DNA of 33,243 nt, taken from contig JAHLWZ010000984.1 of assembly GCA_020536535.1 (NCBI GenBank), positions 1-33,243 of the forward strand. Reading direction: 5' to 3'. The notes under the pieces are model-generated. The model was not told the DNA's origin. It ran no database searches and saw nothing but the letters and a program-made list of their open reading frames with translations. A program made the position numbers and the translations under genes. Shown piece by piece: positions 20,201 through 31,602 of this stretch. Position 1 is the stretch's first letter, and each line of letters starts with the position of its first letter. Origin of the DNA: Pelomyxa schiedti (lineage: Eukaryota; Protista; Evosea).

Positions 20201-21407
20201 CTCCAATCGTTGATTGGAACTACATTGTGCCCTTTGTGTGAACCAAACTGGGCACACACCATGCAAATTGCACGTTGGCATAGTTCATGATTATCAGCTG
20301 TTGTTGATGACTTGCAGAACAGTTTCAGAGGTTCGTTATGCTCCTTGCATTTCATGATCTGTGTGGGTGGGAAAAGGTGTTGTCTGGCCGAAAGGTCACC
20401 TGCTGTTGGATTGGTGGCGCTCAACTGAGTTAGAGTAATACATGTGGAGTTCCTCAAATCACACACGCGATCATGCATCGAGCACATAGAACATCCGCAG
20501 TCTGCACATGTGACAGTTGCCTCACTTTCACATTCCATGGAGCAACTCACGCTTTTCGGTGCTGTGTGTAAGTGAATTTGTTGTTTGATTGTTGTTGTGC
20601 GATTACCTGCTTTGAATGTATTGATTGCCGGGAACAGTGCCTCATTAACAGCGAGGGCCTCACTTGTCTTGAGTGACCTTGGAACCACTCCCATTGCCCC
20701 GCACAACGGGCACTTGATTGGATCAGTCAAAGTGTCAGCACTCTCACTCCCTTTGCTTGTTCCACCAGCCTGCCAGAAAACCAGTTCATATATCATTATA
20801 CCATCAGCAAAACCCAGTTGAAAAATCCCGCATAGACTAACTTCTCGGAGCCCGCATTATTACGAATTATTCAGCAGCATTATTAGCGACGCATGTATTA
20901 TACCCATAATTTCCATACCTCAGTCACAGCAGCAACCCCCACCCCCTTCCCCGGCAAGCGCGACGACGACGACGCGGCCCCCTGCCCCCCCCCGCCGCGG
21001 CGGGGGCTGCACAGGATGGCGAGCGCCCTGCCCGCGTCGGCGCACGCCCCGCACACCGTGTGCCCGCACCCGCACGACCCCGGCATCACCGCCGGCCACG
21101 CCCCCGCCCCCGCCCCCGTGCCCGTGCTTGTTGTGCTTGTGGTTGTGCTTGTTCTTGCGGTGGGGCTGGTGGTGCCCGGCGCGGCGGGCGTTGGGGATCG
21201 GCACTCGTAGAGCCGGCCGCACACGCCGCAGCGCACGCGTTCGTAGTCGACAGCGTCTGCACCAGAAGTGTAATTTTGCGGAAACATTGGCAACGGTCCC
21301 TTTTCTAAATCTTGTTTGTTGGAAAGGGCACCTTGGGAAGCGGCAAAATTGGTTGAGTCCTCAAGCGTTGGGAAGAGAATTGGTACCGCTATTTTCAGCT
21401 TCTCCAT
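17228..21407 (-). CDS. TRIM-PARP fusion: RING, B-box, B-box, coiled coil, T/P-rich linker, WGR, PARP regulatory domain, PARP catalytic domain (H-Y-Q); about 20 exons
   Basis: Exons (minus): 21407-20919, 20769-20089, 20040-19926, 19871-19697 (or 19721), 19646-19561, 19515-19334, 19291-19078, 19033-18961, 18914-18800, 18746-18651, 18604-18559, 18509-18389, 18346-18309, 18263-18071, 18024-17962, 17920-17839, 17794-17716, 17673-17615, 17566-17421, 17360-17228. Motifs: CGVC...CGHTVCGAC...CPLC; CKEH..LKLFC..ICMVC..H.GH; LNQTNIRNNNNKFYAIQLL...[60 protein letters not shown]. Confidence 0.9.
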
Positions 21408-21564
21408 TTCTTTGTTGTGTGATAACTTTTTTCCTGGTTCACAATAAATGCTCATTGGCAATGTTTGGTAATTAACAAACTTTTTTTTTTTTCTGTCACT
21501 GTTGGCTATGTTTACACAAGGTGGATAACCACAATTTGAGGGGATGTCGGGAGTGACCACAAGA

Positions 21565-24090
21565 TTATTCAGCGGAAGGGACAATAGGTGGCTGTTGCTG
21601 TTGTTGCTGAGCCAGTTGTGCTCGCTGTTGTAGTACAAGCAATACTTGTTGCTGTTGTTGCTTTTGGGCATAGTCCAGTTCACTCGTAAGAGCGAGGCTA
21701 CGCCGAAGATTTGAGCATGCAGCAAGAACGCAATCCTTCATGAATGTAAGTGGAATACCTATGTGGGTGAAGTTAGTGTACAGGTATTGGGGAATGATGA
21801 CAAACCGTCGCCGGCCGGAACACAGCTGCGGCAGCACCATACAAAGTCTAGGAGGTAGGTTTTGAGTATGTGGGCGAGGGAGTCTATGAAAGCGGTTGAC
21901 TTCTTGATGTCGATGCTGCCTAGGGCACACCATTCTGCAAATACAGTCCGGCTTCCTTTTTTAGAGCCGGAACCTGATGCGGAGCCAAATGCATTGAGAA
22001 ATGATGCCGCCCGGTTTGACTCATATTCGGCAATTTGAGGACCAGTAAGTTCATCTTCAACGCACTTGGTGAGTTTTCCTATCCACTCTACAATTCTGGG
22101 CATTGCTGTGGTGCTGAGGAGTGGGTACCCAGGTTCGTTCCGGGCCGTAATTTCCCAAACATGGCTGGGGAATGTCATGGGGTGGGAGTCGGTTTTATTG
22201 TTTGATGTCTCACTATTGGTGGAGGATGTTGTTGTGGATGTAGCAGAGGTGCTGTCAGTACCCCCGATTTCTGCGGTCTCTGTTGATCCAGAGGAATAGC
22301 TCAATAAAAATTCAATCTCGTCCTCAGCTTCCACATCTTTGGCTCCATTTTCCCCAACAAAAACCGTTTTCCTTGTCTCATTCATGCTCGAAGTGAAATG
22401 TAGTATCTTTTTTGAAATTAGATAGAGGTAGTTGTAATTACTAATTTCTCACCTCTTCCAGCCTTCTAGCTTGTCTCGGAGTAAGCACACAGGCTAGGTG
22501 TTCTGGTTGCAATATTTTCGGGGGATTTTCTGCCAGATAGGCATTCAAGCGGATCCGTACTTCCCTCACCCATACTGCAGCTAAGTGTTGTACGAGGTGA
22601 CATTTATCCAAAGATATATCCTTTTCACCGCACGTAAGAAGAAACTTGTGCATCAGCTTTTCATAGAGGTATCGGCTCTTGATTTGCTGTTGTAGCTGTG
22701 CAGCTGCAGAAACGGGTGCTGTGGAGTTAAGATCAGCGGTGACAAAAGCGATGATCTCTTCATGAGAGGCTGTTGGAGGGAGTACATGGTCAGCTTTTGT
22801 AGTGTGACGGGCTACAAGTACAATCTTCATTTCATTGAGAGGGTAGGGTTGCACTGTGGATGAATTAGTTCTTTTATCCGGTGAGGAGCGCGTTTGTCTA
22901 GCTCTTTTTGTCTGTCTGATTGGCCGTCTCCTGGGTGGAGATGGTTCTGGGGAAGGTGATAGTTCCTGTTGGGTCTGGGGCTCATTTTTTTGTTGTTCTT
23001 GTTGCTGTATAACCCTCTGCAAACCTGGTTGGAGAGCTTGTTGTAACACTTTCTGCAAATGCTCCGGATCCGGTACATTAGATTGCTGCGATTGGGATTG
23101 AAACATTGCCTGCGCCTGCGCTTGTTGTTGTTGAAGTTGAAGCAATTGCTGTTGCTGCTGCCACTGTTCTATTTGGAGGAGAAACTGCTTTTGCTGTAGT
23201 GCACCAACGTCGACTTGTTGTTGCATCTGCATGTTTTGCAAGGGAAGGGGTTGAATGGGGTTTGAGGGTTGCATTGTCTGCTGCACGTGAATTTGTGGAG
23301 CTAATTGTTGTTGTATCGGTTGAGCGAGTTGTTGTGGGAGCTGCTGGGGGATCTGTTGCTGGAGTTGTCGCATCTGCAACTGTTGGAGTTGTTGTTGCTG
23401 TTGCTGTAGCCTTTGCTGGATTTGTTGTTGTTGCTGTTGGAGTTGGTGTTGTTGGAGTTGTTGCTGCTGATGCTGGAGCTGTTGCTGCTCCAATTGCCTC
23501 TGGTCGAGTTGTTGAATGTCCAGCTGGTGTTGCTGTTCTTGCTTCACAGTTTGTTGCTGCATTTGGTTTTGTAGGTTGTAAATTTGTTGGATAGGCATGA
23601 AGTTGGGGCCTTGTTGCATTGGCGGTTGTTGTTGCAACTGAAGTAGCTGCTGTAGCTCTACCTGTAACTGGTCTGGAACCTGTTGCCTATTGTCTGTAGC
23701 TCCCCCAGCAAGGATTAAGTGAGAAAGTAGGTCCCTCTTCTGTGCGTATTCAGCCTGCTGAGCAGCATCATAGTTAGGAGTAGGTCCCTGCTGCTGAGCC
23801 AGCATCAATAACCGGGAAGAATCCGAGATAGTGGCTGCTCCAGGAGGGTTATTGCTAGGGTCACCAACAACAAGGCCACCAATCCCAGTTCCACCCATTC
23901 CATTACCAATTCCACCACCCATCACCATACTTGCTGCCATTTGTTGTTGTTGTTGAGGAGGAACAATGGTGTTGTTAGTAGTAGGGAGGAAGCCTGGGAT
24001 TTCCTCCGGCTTGATTCTTATTCCCGCGGAAGGGACAGTGCATTCCATAGTCTTTTGTCCTTGTGCCACAAGTTGGAAATTCGTATTCAT
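21565..24090 (-). CDS. SPT3: SPT3/SUPT3H-like (SAGA, double histone fold) protein with long Q-rich N-terminus, 3 exons
   Basis: Introns 22452-22407 and 21805-21759. YEKLMHKFLLTCGE...LVQHL...ILQPEHL...RRLEEIL resembles the TAF13-like N-terminal fold. YESNRAASF...FAEW...FIDSLAHIL resembles SPT3 Y.ECRQASF...FREW...IIDILGFL. The match is divergent and was judged by eye. Confidence 0.7.
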
Positions 24091-24570
24091 CTGTTGTGAA
24101 GAGTCGTCGGGGCGATTAGAAGTGAATAAATTTTTTTCGTCGGCGGCGGACTTACGCGAGAGGAACTTTTTTGTTTGTTTCGGTTTTTTTTTGTCGCCGC
24201 GGCGTAGAGTAAAAACAATGCCGAGCCGCGGCTGCGTGATGTTTTTGTGCTTGCTTTTTGCTTTTTTTCGAAATTATAAATAGGAAATGTCATTTTCCAC
24301 AACACTCACCGTTAGCAGGACAGTGATGCCACCCGTTGACAAGTACTAGTCACTGCGTGTTTGGTTCTTTTTAATATGTCTGTGGATCAAGAATCTGAAC
24401 ATGAATGAGGCCTGAGCTAGCAGATACCAGATCATGGGCGTCGTCTTTCCAACTCACAGTGGCATCTCTATTTGCCTGCTTGTCATCGTACTATGTCTCG
24501 ACACACATACCAGCCAAAAAAACCAAGAAAATAACAATCGGCAGTGAGAAGAGATCGGATCTCGTGTCTG

Positions 24571-25956
24571 ATGGATCGGCCAAAGGGCACTACGGCAGTC
24601 GCTGGTGTGGTTGTGGCTGTGGTTGTTGGGTGTCTGTTGTGTGGGAGATCTGATGCGAGCGGCGTCGGAAACAACGGGCCGTCGACGACGCAGTCGTTCT
24701 GGTTCTCTTTCCCTGACTGGATGCCAAACTGCCCGCCGTCGATCGGAGGCTACCACTACGTCAGCAGCACCGTTGTATCATTTTTGGTCTTTCTGGTGTG
24801 CGGCGCCTTGGCCATCATTACTGTCATCAAATACCACGGGGTCAAGCTGCAACGCACAATGCACAAGCCTCCTGGCGTGAGCAACACTATGTGGATTTCG
24901 TTTTTCCTTTCCTTTGGTACATGGTATGCACACTAGTATTCTTTCTTTCTTTTTTTTATGCTGGAACCACACCGGCACCTTCTCAACACTTTTTTACAGC
25001 GCTGCCTTCCGCGGGTTGTTGCTGTGCTTTGGATATGGCCATGACGCATTACTCACGGCTCTTAAAGTGATTGAGAGCGTATGCTTATGCACTTCAGGAC
25101 TATTTATTTCTCTTGCTGTTGACTATCAAAGAAGATTTAAGTCGAGCCGTATCTTAATACAACTTTAATTTGTTACTCACACCATCTAGACCTTACTCAG
25201 ACAAGAGTTGATCCGCGTAAAGGCCGCATCAATGAGGCTAAGCCCCTTCTTTCCTACAATAGACATATTGTGGATATGCCTTGCAACCTGAGGTGTCAAT
25301 GCCCTGTGTGGACCGAAGTGGTATTTGTACTGATTATGTTGCAGTTCTTGGTTGTACTTCTGTTCCTCCTTGCGTAAGTGGCACCGCCTCAATACTATTT
25401 ATTATTGAACTATGTAGGGCTGAGTTAGACAGCAAGGGGTATTACGTTGTATTTTTAATATCGCTAACCTTGGAGTTCCTTCCAATTGGTACCATTGTCA
25501 AATTTGTTAACCGCTAAAGAGCCTTTTAGTTATTGTGACGATTGTACTACTTGTGCAGCGGCCAGTGGCCCTTGGACCATCGATAGCATCAAGAATATTT
25601 CTTGGAGTGGGCATATTATTTGTAATAGTTACTACCGCACCAGCTTTCACCTGGGCTTTGGTTCTACCTCGTACTTCCCGGTTATCCCTCTCCAAGTCTT
25701 ACAAACCGCAGATCATTGTATTGAGATCTTCTCTGCTATGAGTTGGTTTGATATTATTAACCTTGGGGCGATTCCGGGCCTCTTGTTCCTCTTTATATTT
25801 GTACGGGCAGAGTACTACCGGCAGCAGAAAGAATATATCTGGCATTTCGTCACGTTTGGACAGGTTGAAACAACACCACTAACACAAACAACCCACAACA
25901 CCCCAAACAACTCCGGTAACCCAAACAACAACCTTCCCAATAATGAGGGAGGATAG
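24571..25956 (+). CDS. Seven-transmembrane (GPCR-like) protein with N-terminal signal peptide, 6 exons
   Basis: Introns 24924-24999, 25149-25189, 25374-25417, 25489-25529 and 25671-25711 give an open frame with an N-terminal hydrophobic segment, 7 further hydrophobic helices, DYQRRF after TM3, and an N/T-rich tail. Confidence 0.8.
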
Positions 25957-26242
25957 TGAGGGTTTCTCAACATCGTTCTCTTATCTTTTCTTTTATCCTT
26001 CTCGCGTCTCATTAGTTTGTTTTGCTGTACCAATGTGCGGTTACGTAAAGTCATTTTTCTCATCTCCAACAGGCTGGATTCCAACCAAAGTACTTTGACT
26101 CACCTGGCATTTCCAGAAAATCCAACCAAGACGAATGAACACTACACCCTTCACAACAGCACACAGTGTCAATTTTGTTTGTGGTAATATAAAACCATCC
26201 ATTGTTTAACAATGTAGTGATGTGGGGATTTTCAGACTTTCT

Positions 26243-27536
26243 TTACCTAAGCTGACAATGCAACTGAACAAGTACAATGCCAGAAAGTGTATCACACAAG
26301 TCAACAAGGAGGCATTTGGAAGTATGAGTGTGGCTCTTCTTTGTATCAGTTGCAGTTGTAGTGGTACATCTTTGGCCAGTTGTAGGAACAGCTACAACAA
26401 AAGGGACAAAGCCACAGTTCCTGGGATTCAGTTGAACTTGGTATGCACACATTGGAATGTGACGCAACCTACGTGGGTTGATGAGGTCGGATGAGTGGAA
26501 CACACTCATGGATTCACTGAACAGGTGGTGTGGGCCAAGACTATGCAGAACGGGGACAGATGATGTGTTCAGTACTGTCTCCTTGGTGTTGGTGTTGAAC
26601 AGATACCATAACGGGGGGACGTTGCATCGGTGTAGTGTGTGAAGTGTGTTGTTGATCCAAATGAAATCGTAAGCAGCGGGTGGTGCGCTAATGACCTTGT
26701 CAATGGCCAGTGCGTTGCTCTCAAATGACCTCGGCAAATCCACAATCAGCACCTCAGTCGAGTCATCGGATGCAATACCCTTCATCAGGATGGCTTTGTT
26801 CCCATCAGAATGCAACAGCTTCCCAGCAATAAAGAAGGCCCACGCTCCAGATCGGCTCAGGTGAAGCCTTATCCCGTCGCTCTCATCGTGTGTCAAGCAG
26901 CCATCAGCAAGCCTCCACAGGTACACGCTTGATTCAAAGTGGAAAATGAGCCAGCTTGCATTCATCCCAATCAGCTCGAAGTCCTCTGTAGGAAAATGCG
27001 CCAGGGTCCTCACGCACAACCCATTCCTGCCGGCCACAAACACCGTTTGGCCGTACGAAGCGTCAGGTTCACCAACAAATCCTTCCATCAGGAATGTGTT
27101 CCCATCACCGAATGCGGCATAAATGTTGCTGCAGTCGTAGGGTTTCGACAGGCAGTGGAATGAGCCGCAGTCGACGACGCCAAGCGTTGGTGACTGGCAC
27201 ACCCATAAGTGCACTGCATCGCCCTGATGTCCTGTCATTGTGCACACCCTCCTCGACTCCACAGACATCACCCATTTTTTACCCCACTCCACAAACAATG
27301 GGGCCATAGACACCAAGCAAGAAATTGGTGGTGATGGTATCACTCTGTTGACATTCGGCTCATAAAGATTTATTCATTAATTAATTTGTTCTTATTTAAA
27401 CTCAAGTGAGTGTACACCCCTCATGTCTGTTTGGTCTTGGGAATACCTACCGACCGTCATTTGAAAAATGAGTTATGGGAGCGCACGCGACGGCGATGAA
27501 CTGGTCCTTGGCCGACAACACCGCCGAAACGCTCAT
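26243..27536 (-). CDS. AKDQF/SPTLGVV family protein, copy 1
   Basis: Exon 1 MSVSAVLSAKDQFIAVACAPITH, intron 27450-27345, then a long exon 2 with VEWGKKWV, SPTLGVV, WINNTLHTLH, LHC. Confidence 0.85.
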
Positions 27537-27611
27537 TGATTGTTCTTGGAAAACGTTGTTTATTTGATTGTCCAAAAAAAACATCCAGTTCTTTTTTGCT
27601 TGTTTTTTTTT

Positions 27612-28694
27612 CTAGGGCTGACAATGCAAGCTGGCAAGTGCAATTCCAGAAATGGTATCACACAAAACGACGCGGGTGTGGTTCGTTGCATTTTCTGTAT
27701 CCGTCGTTGGTGCAGGAACCGCCACAGGAACAAACCCACAGTTTGCAGGCTGAAGGTGAATGGGAAGGTGATGGACACAACAGGGAGTGGTGAGGTCTGA
27801 TGAATGGAACACACTCATCACTTCACATTTGTCAACGAGGCACAGGTGGTGTGGACCAAGGCTTTGGTGATAGGAGGACGGAAACGAAAATGTGTGCAAT
27901 GTTTCCTTTGTGTTGGTGTTGAACACATACACCATGGACGGGGACTCCATGACCAAGTGTACTGTGTGCAGTGTGTTGTTGATCCAGATGGAATCGAAAG
28001 CTGCAGGTGGTGTGCTCAGAACCTTATCAATTACCAGTGTCTTGCTCTCAAATGTTCTCAGTAAGTCTACAAACAGTATCTCAGACGAAACCTCGTTACC
28101 CTTCATCAGGATGGCTTTGTTCAAGTCAGAATGCAACAGGTTCCCACCAAAGAACAACCACAGTGCTCCAACCTCAGATAGGCCCAACCTTCCCACCAGT
28201 CTCCCATCGCTCTCCTCCTTTGTCAAACAGCCATCAGCAAGCCTCCACAGGTACAGTCCTTCGTCGAAGTAAAGGAATAGCCAGTTTGCATTCATGCCAA
28301 TTAGTAGGGAGTCATCAGAGCGAGCTCCAACATCACTGAATGCAGCATAAATGTGAGTGATAGACTGAGCTTCTGGGCAAACAAATGAACCACAGTCAAC
28401 GACACCCAGTGTTGGTGACACATTAACCCATAAGTGCACGCTATCCTTTCCTTTTACAGTGCACACCCTCCTTGATTCCACAGACATCACCCATCTTTTT
28501 CCCCACTCCACAAGCAATGATGGGATGGACGCCAAGTGGCAAATTGGGGGTCTGACGTTTTCATCGTTACTCCCGTTTCTATTAGTTATTTCTTATGTCT
28601 TCGTTCACCTGTTGCCACTGGAAGAGTGAGTTATGGGAGCGCACGCGACGGCGACGAACTGGTCCTTGGCCTTCAACAACGCTGATACGCTCAT
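27612..28694 (-). CDS. AKDQF/SPTLGVV family protein, copy 2 (internal in-frame deletion)
   Basis: Exon 1 MSVSALLKAKDQFVAVACAP, with a short predicted intron 28608-28579. Lacks the roughly 30-aa GNTFLMEG...RTLA block. Confidence 0.8.
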
Positions 28695-28749
28695 TCTTTT
28701 GATTGTTCGAGAAAAAAACATGTTGGAAAAGCCTCCTCTTGTTACATCA

Positions 28750-30051
28750 TCAAAGTTGACAATGCAAGCGAGCAAGAACAACTCCAGAAATGGCATCAGA
28801 TAAATCAAGTATCACGCACTTGGAGGTGTGAGTGTGGTTCCATGCCATTTCTGCAGCTGCAGTAGTGGGGGGAACAATCACAGGAACAAAGCCACCATAA
28901 GTGGGTTGAAGTTGAACTGGTAATGCACCCACTGCAAGGTGATGGACACGGCAGGGTGTTGTGAGGTCTGAGGAATGGAACACACTCATCACTTGGCTTG
29001 TGTCAACGAAGTAGAGGTGGTGTGGACCAAGGTTGTGGCCATAGTAGGGTGGGCACGAGAACGTGTGCACTATCTCCTTTGTGTTGGTGTTGAACACACG
29101 ATACGACGAGGCCAACAGTGCAAAGTGCAATGTGTGAAGCGTGTTGTTGATCCAAAAACAATCGCAACCTGCAACTGGTGTGATAATGACCTTGTCAATG
29201 ACCAGTGTCTTGCTCTCAAATGTCCTCAGTAAATCCACAATAATGACATCAGTAGAGGAATCAGTACCCTTCCTCAGGATGGCCTTGTGCACATCAGAAT
29301 GCAACAGGTTCCCACCGAGAAAAAAGGCCCCACCCAGAACCACCTTAATCCCATCACTCTCATCATCTGTCAAGCAGCCATCAACAAGCCTCCACAGGTA
29401 CACCTCTCCATGGAAGTAAAAGATCATCCAGTTCGCATTCAGCCCAACCAGTGAGAAGTCTTCCTCTGCGTGAACTTGTGGGAAAAATGCCAGGGTCCTC
29501 ACATACAGTCCACTCCTGTTAGCCACAAATATCCATGGGCCCGTTGTGGCAATCGGATCATCAGGGTCACCAGAGTTGTATCCTTCCATCAGGAAGGTAT
29601 TCCCCTCACTGAATGCGGCGTAAATGTGACTGTAACAGTATTTGGCCGGGCAGTTGAATGAACCGCAGCCAACGACACCCAGTGTTGGCGACACCAGCAC
29701 CCATAAGTGCCAACAAATCCCACCGCGCTCCTTTCCTTGTACAGTGCACACCCTCCTGGATTCCACAGACATCACCCATTTTTTACCCCACTCAACCAAC
29801 AGTGATGGTATCGATGCGAATTGACAAATCGGTGGTGGTGGTATCACTCTGTTGCACATGTGCATTTACATTAGACTCATTTCTATGCCTATTATTGTTG
29901 TGTTTTATTTATTTCGACTACGGGTCACGAAAATGTTCCCATTGTATTGTTGTTGAAATACCCACCGTCCATCATTAGAAAAGCGAGTTATGGGAGCGCA
30001 TGCAACGGCAACAAACTGGTCCTTTGCCTTCAACACCACAGAAACACTCAT
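28750..30051 (-). CDS. AKDQF/SPTLGVV family protein, copy 3
   Basis: Exon 1 MSVSVVLKAKDQFVAVACAP, intron 29965-29849, same motifs as the other copies. Confidence 0.85.
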
Positions 30052-30139
30052 TGACGGATTCTGAGAAAAAAATCAAGCGAACAACAGTTTGCAGCCAAAG
30101 GAATGCCTCATAACACCAAAAAACAGTGTTGTTACTTTC

Positions 30140-31444
30140 TTAGCAGAGCCCACAATGCAGGTGAACAAGAACAACTCCAGAAATTGTGTCTGCTAAACCA
30201 AGTATCGTGCAGTTGGTGGGGTTGGTGTGACATGCAATGTTGCTTGTGGGAACAAAACCACAGTTCCTAGGTCTAAGCATTACCGGCAATGATCCATCTG
30301 GAGGGTGATGGACACAGCAAGGAGTGCTCAGGTCTGACACATGGAACACAGTGACGATCTCGTGGTCAACCTGGCACAGATGCTGGGTACCAAGGTGACA
30401 GATTCTGGCAAACCCATTTGCTGTAAATGTGTGCACAATCTCGTTGGTGTAGGGGTTGAAAACATGCCTCTGGAGACTGATGCCATCATGGGAGTGTAAT
30501 GTGTGCAGTGTGTTGTTGATCCATATGTAATCGAAAACTTCGCTTGGACTGCTAATGACCTTTTCAATGGCTAGTGCCTTACTCTCAAACGTCCTCACCA
30601 AATCAACAAACAGTATCTCACGTGTAACCAGCAAGATAGCTTTGTCCAGATCAAAAGGCAACAGGCTCACACGATGGATAAAGGGATCTCCACCAACCTC
30701 AACTAAACTGCCCTCACCTTCATTGCCTGTCAAACGACCATCAGCAAGCCTCCACATGAACAATGATCCGCGAAGGCAAAGAAGCAACCAGTTTGCGTTC
30801 ATTTCAACCGGTGTGAAGTCACAATCAGGATCTATACATTCTTCTGCCAGTGTCCTCACAACAGACCCATCCCTGTCAGCCACATACACCCATTCTCCAT
30901 CAAGGTGAATAACCCCTTGCATTAGGAATGAGTTCCCATCACTGAAGGCAGCATAAATCCGGTCAAAACGGCCATGTTGTGGAACCCTGAATGCACCACA
31001 GTCAACTACCCCCAGTGTTGGCGACACATTCACCCATAAGTGCGCACAAGCTCCATCGCTGTAGAGTCCCTTTACTGTGCAAACCCTCCTTGATTCCACA
31101 CACATCACCCATTTCTTCCCCCACTCCACAAACAATGATGGATTTGATGTCAACTGACAAATCGGTGGTGGTGAAAGAAAGGCACCACCACCGGCGTCGC
31201 TTTTTCTTCTGTGGATTTGTGTTACTTTGTTTTTTTTCGTTTTGATATGTGTTTTGATGATGGGGGTGGGTGCGTACAAGTGAGTTATGGGAGCGCACGC
31301 AACTGCAACGAACTGGTCCTTGGCCTTCAGCACAGCAAAAACCTCCATCCACCCAGTAAAAACTTGATCTCTTGTTGCCCTGATCTTCTGAGGTGGATCC
31401 TTGTTGGGGACTTTCTCTATTTCGCGTGACGGTGTGCTCCCCAT
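30140..31444 (-). CDS. AKDQF/SPTLGVV family protein, copy 4 (MGSTPS N-terminal extension)
   Basis: 434-aa ORF that includes a probable in-frame intron 31277-31209 at the homologous position. Confidence 0.85.
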   Translation of the reverse strand: MGSTPSREIEKVPNKDPPQKIRATRDQVFTGWMEVFAVLKAKDQFVAVACAPITHLYAPTPIIKTHIKTKKNKVTQIHRRKSDAGGGAFLSPPPICQLTSNPSLFVEWGKKWVMCVESRRVCTVKGLYSDGACAHLWVNVSPTLGVVDCGAFRVPQHGRFDRIYAAFSDGNSFLMQGVIHLDGEWVYVADRDGSVVRTLAEECIDPDCDFTPVEMNANWLLLCLRGSLFMWRLADGRLTGNEGEGSLVEVGGDPFIHRVSLLPFDLDKAILLVTREILFVDLVRTFESKALAIEKVISSPSEVFDYIWINNTLHTLHSHDGISLQRHVFNPYTNEIVHTFTANGFARICHLGTQHLCQVDHEIVTVFHVSDLSTPCCVHHPPDGSLPVMLRPRNCGFVPTSNIACHTNPTNCTILGLADTISGVVLVHLHCGLC

Positions 31445-31602
31445 CGTGATGTGCGGTTCGCTTTGTTGGAAAACAAAGCGATTTCAAGGAAGGCCTTTTT
31501 CTGATCAAAAAGTTTAGTGATTACTGGAGGTCCAGAAGAAAAAGTGAAGCTGTGGGAATTGGCTTTCCACAGTGTAAAGCCAGGCAGGATGCCATGTTGT
31601 TC

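Noticed and set aside
12591-31277. Several stop-free 3n introns (12591, 13217, 17567, 19516, 20041, 31209)
   Set aside because: About six among roughly 60 short introns is not clearly above chance. They only make some exon boundaries uncertain.
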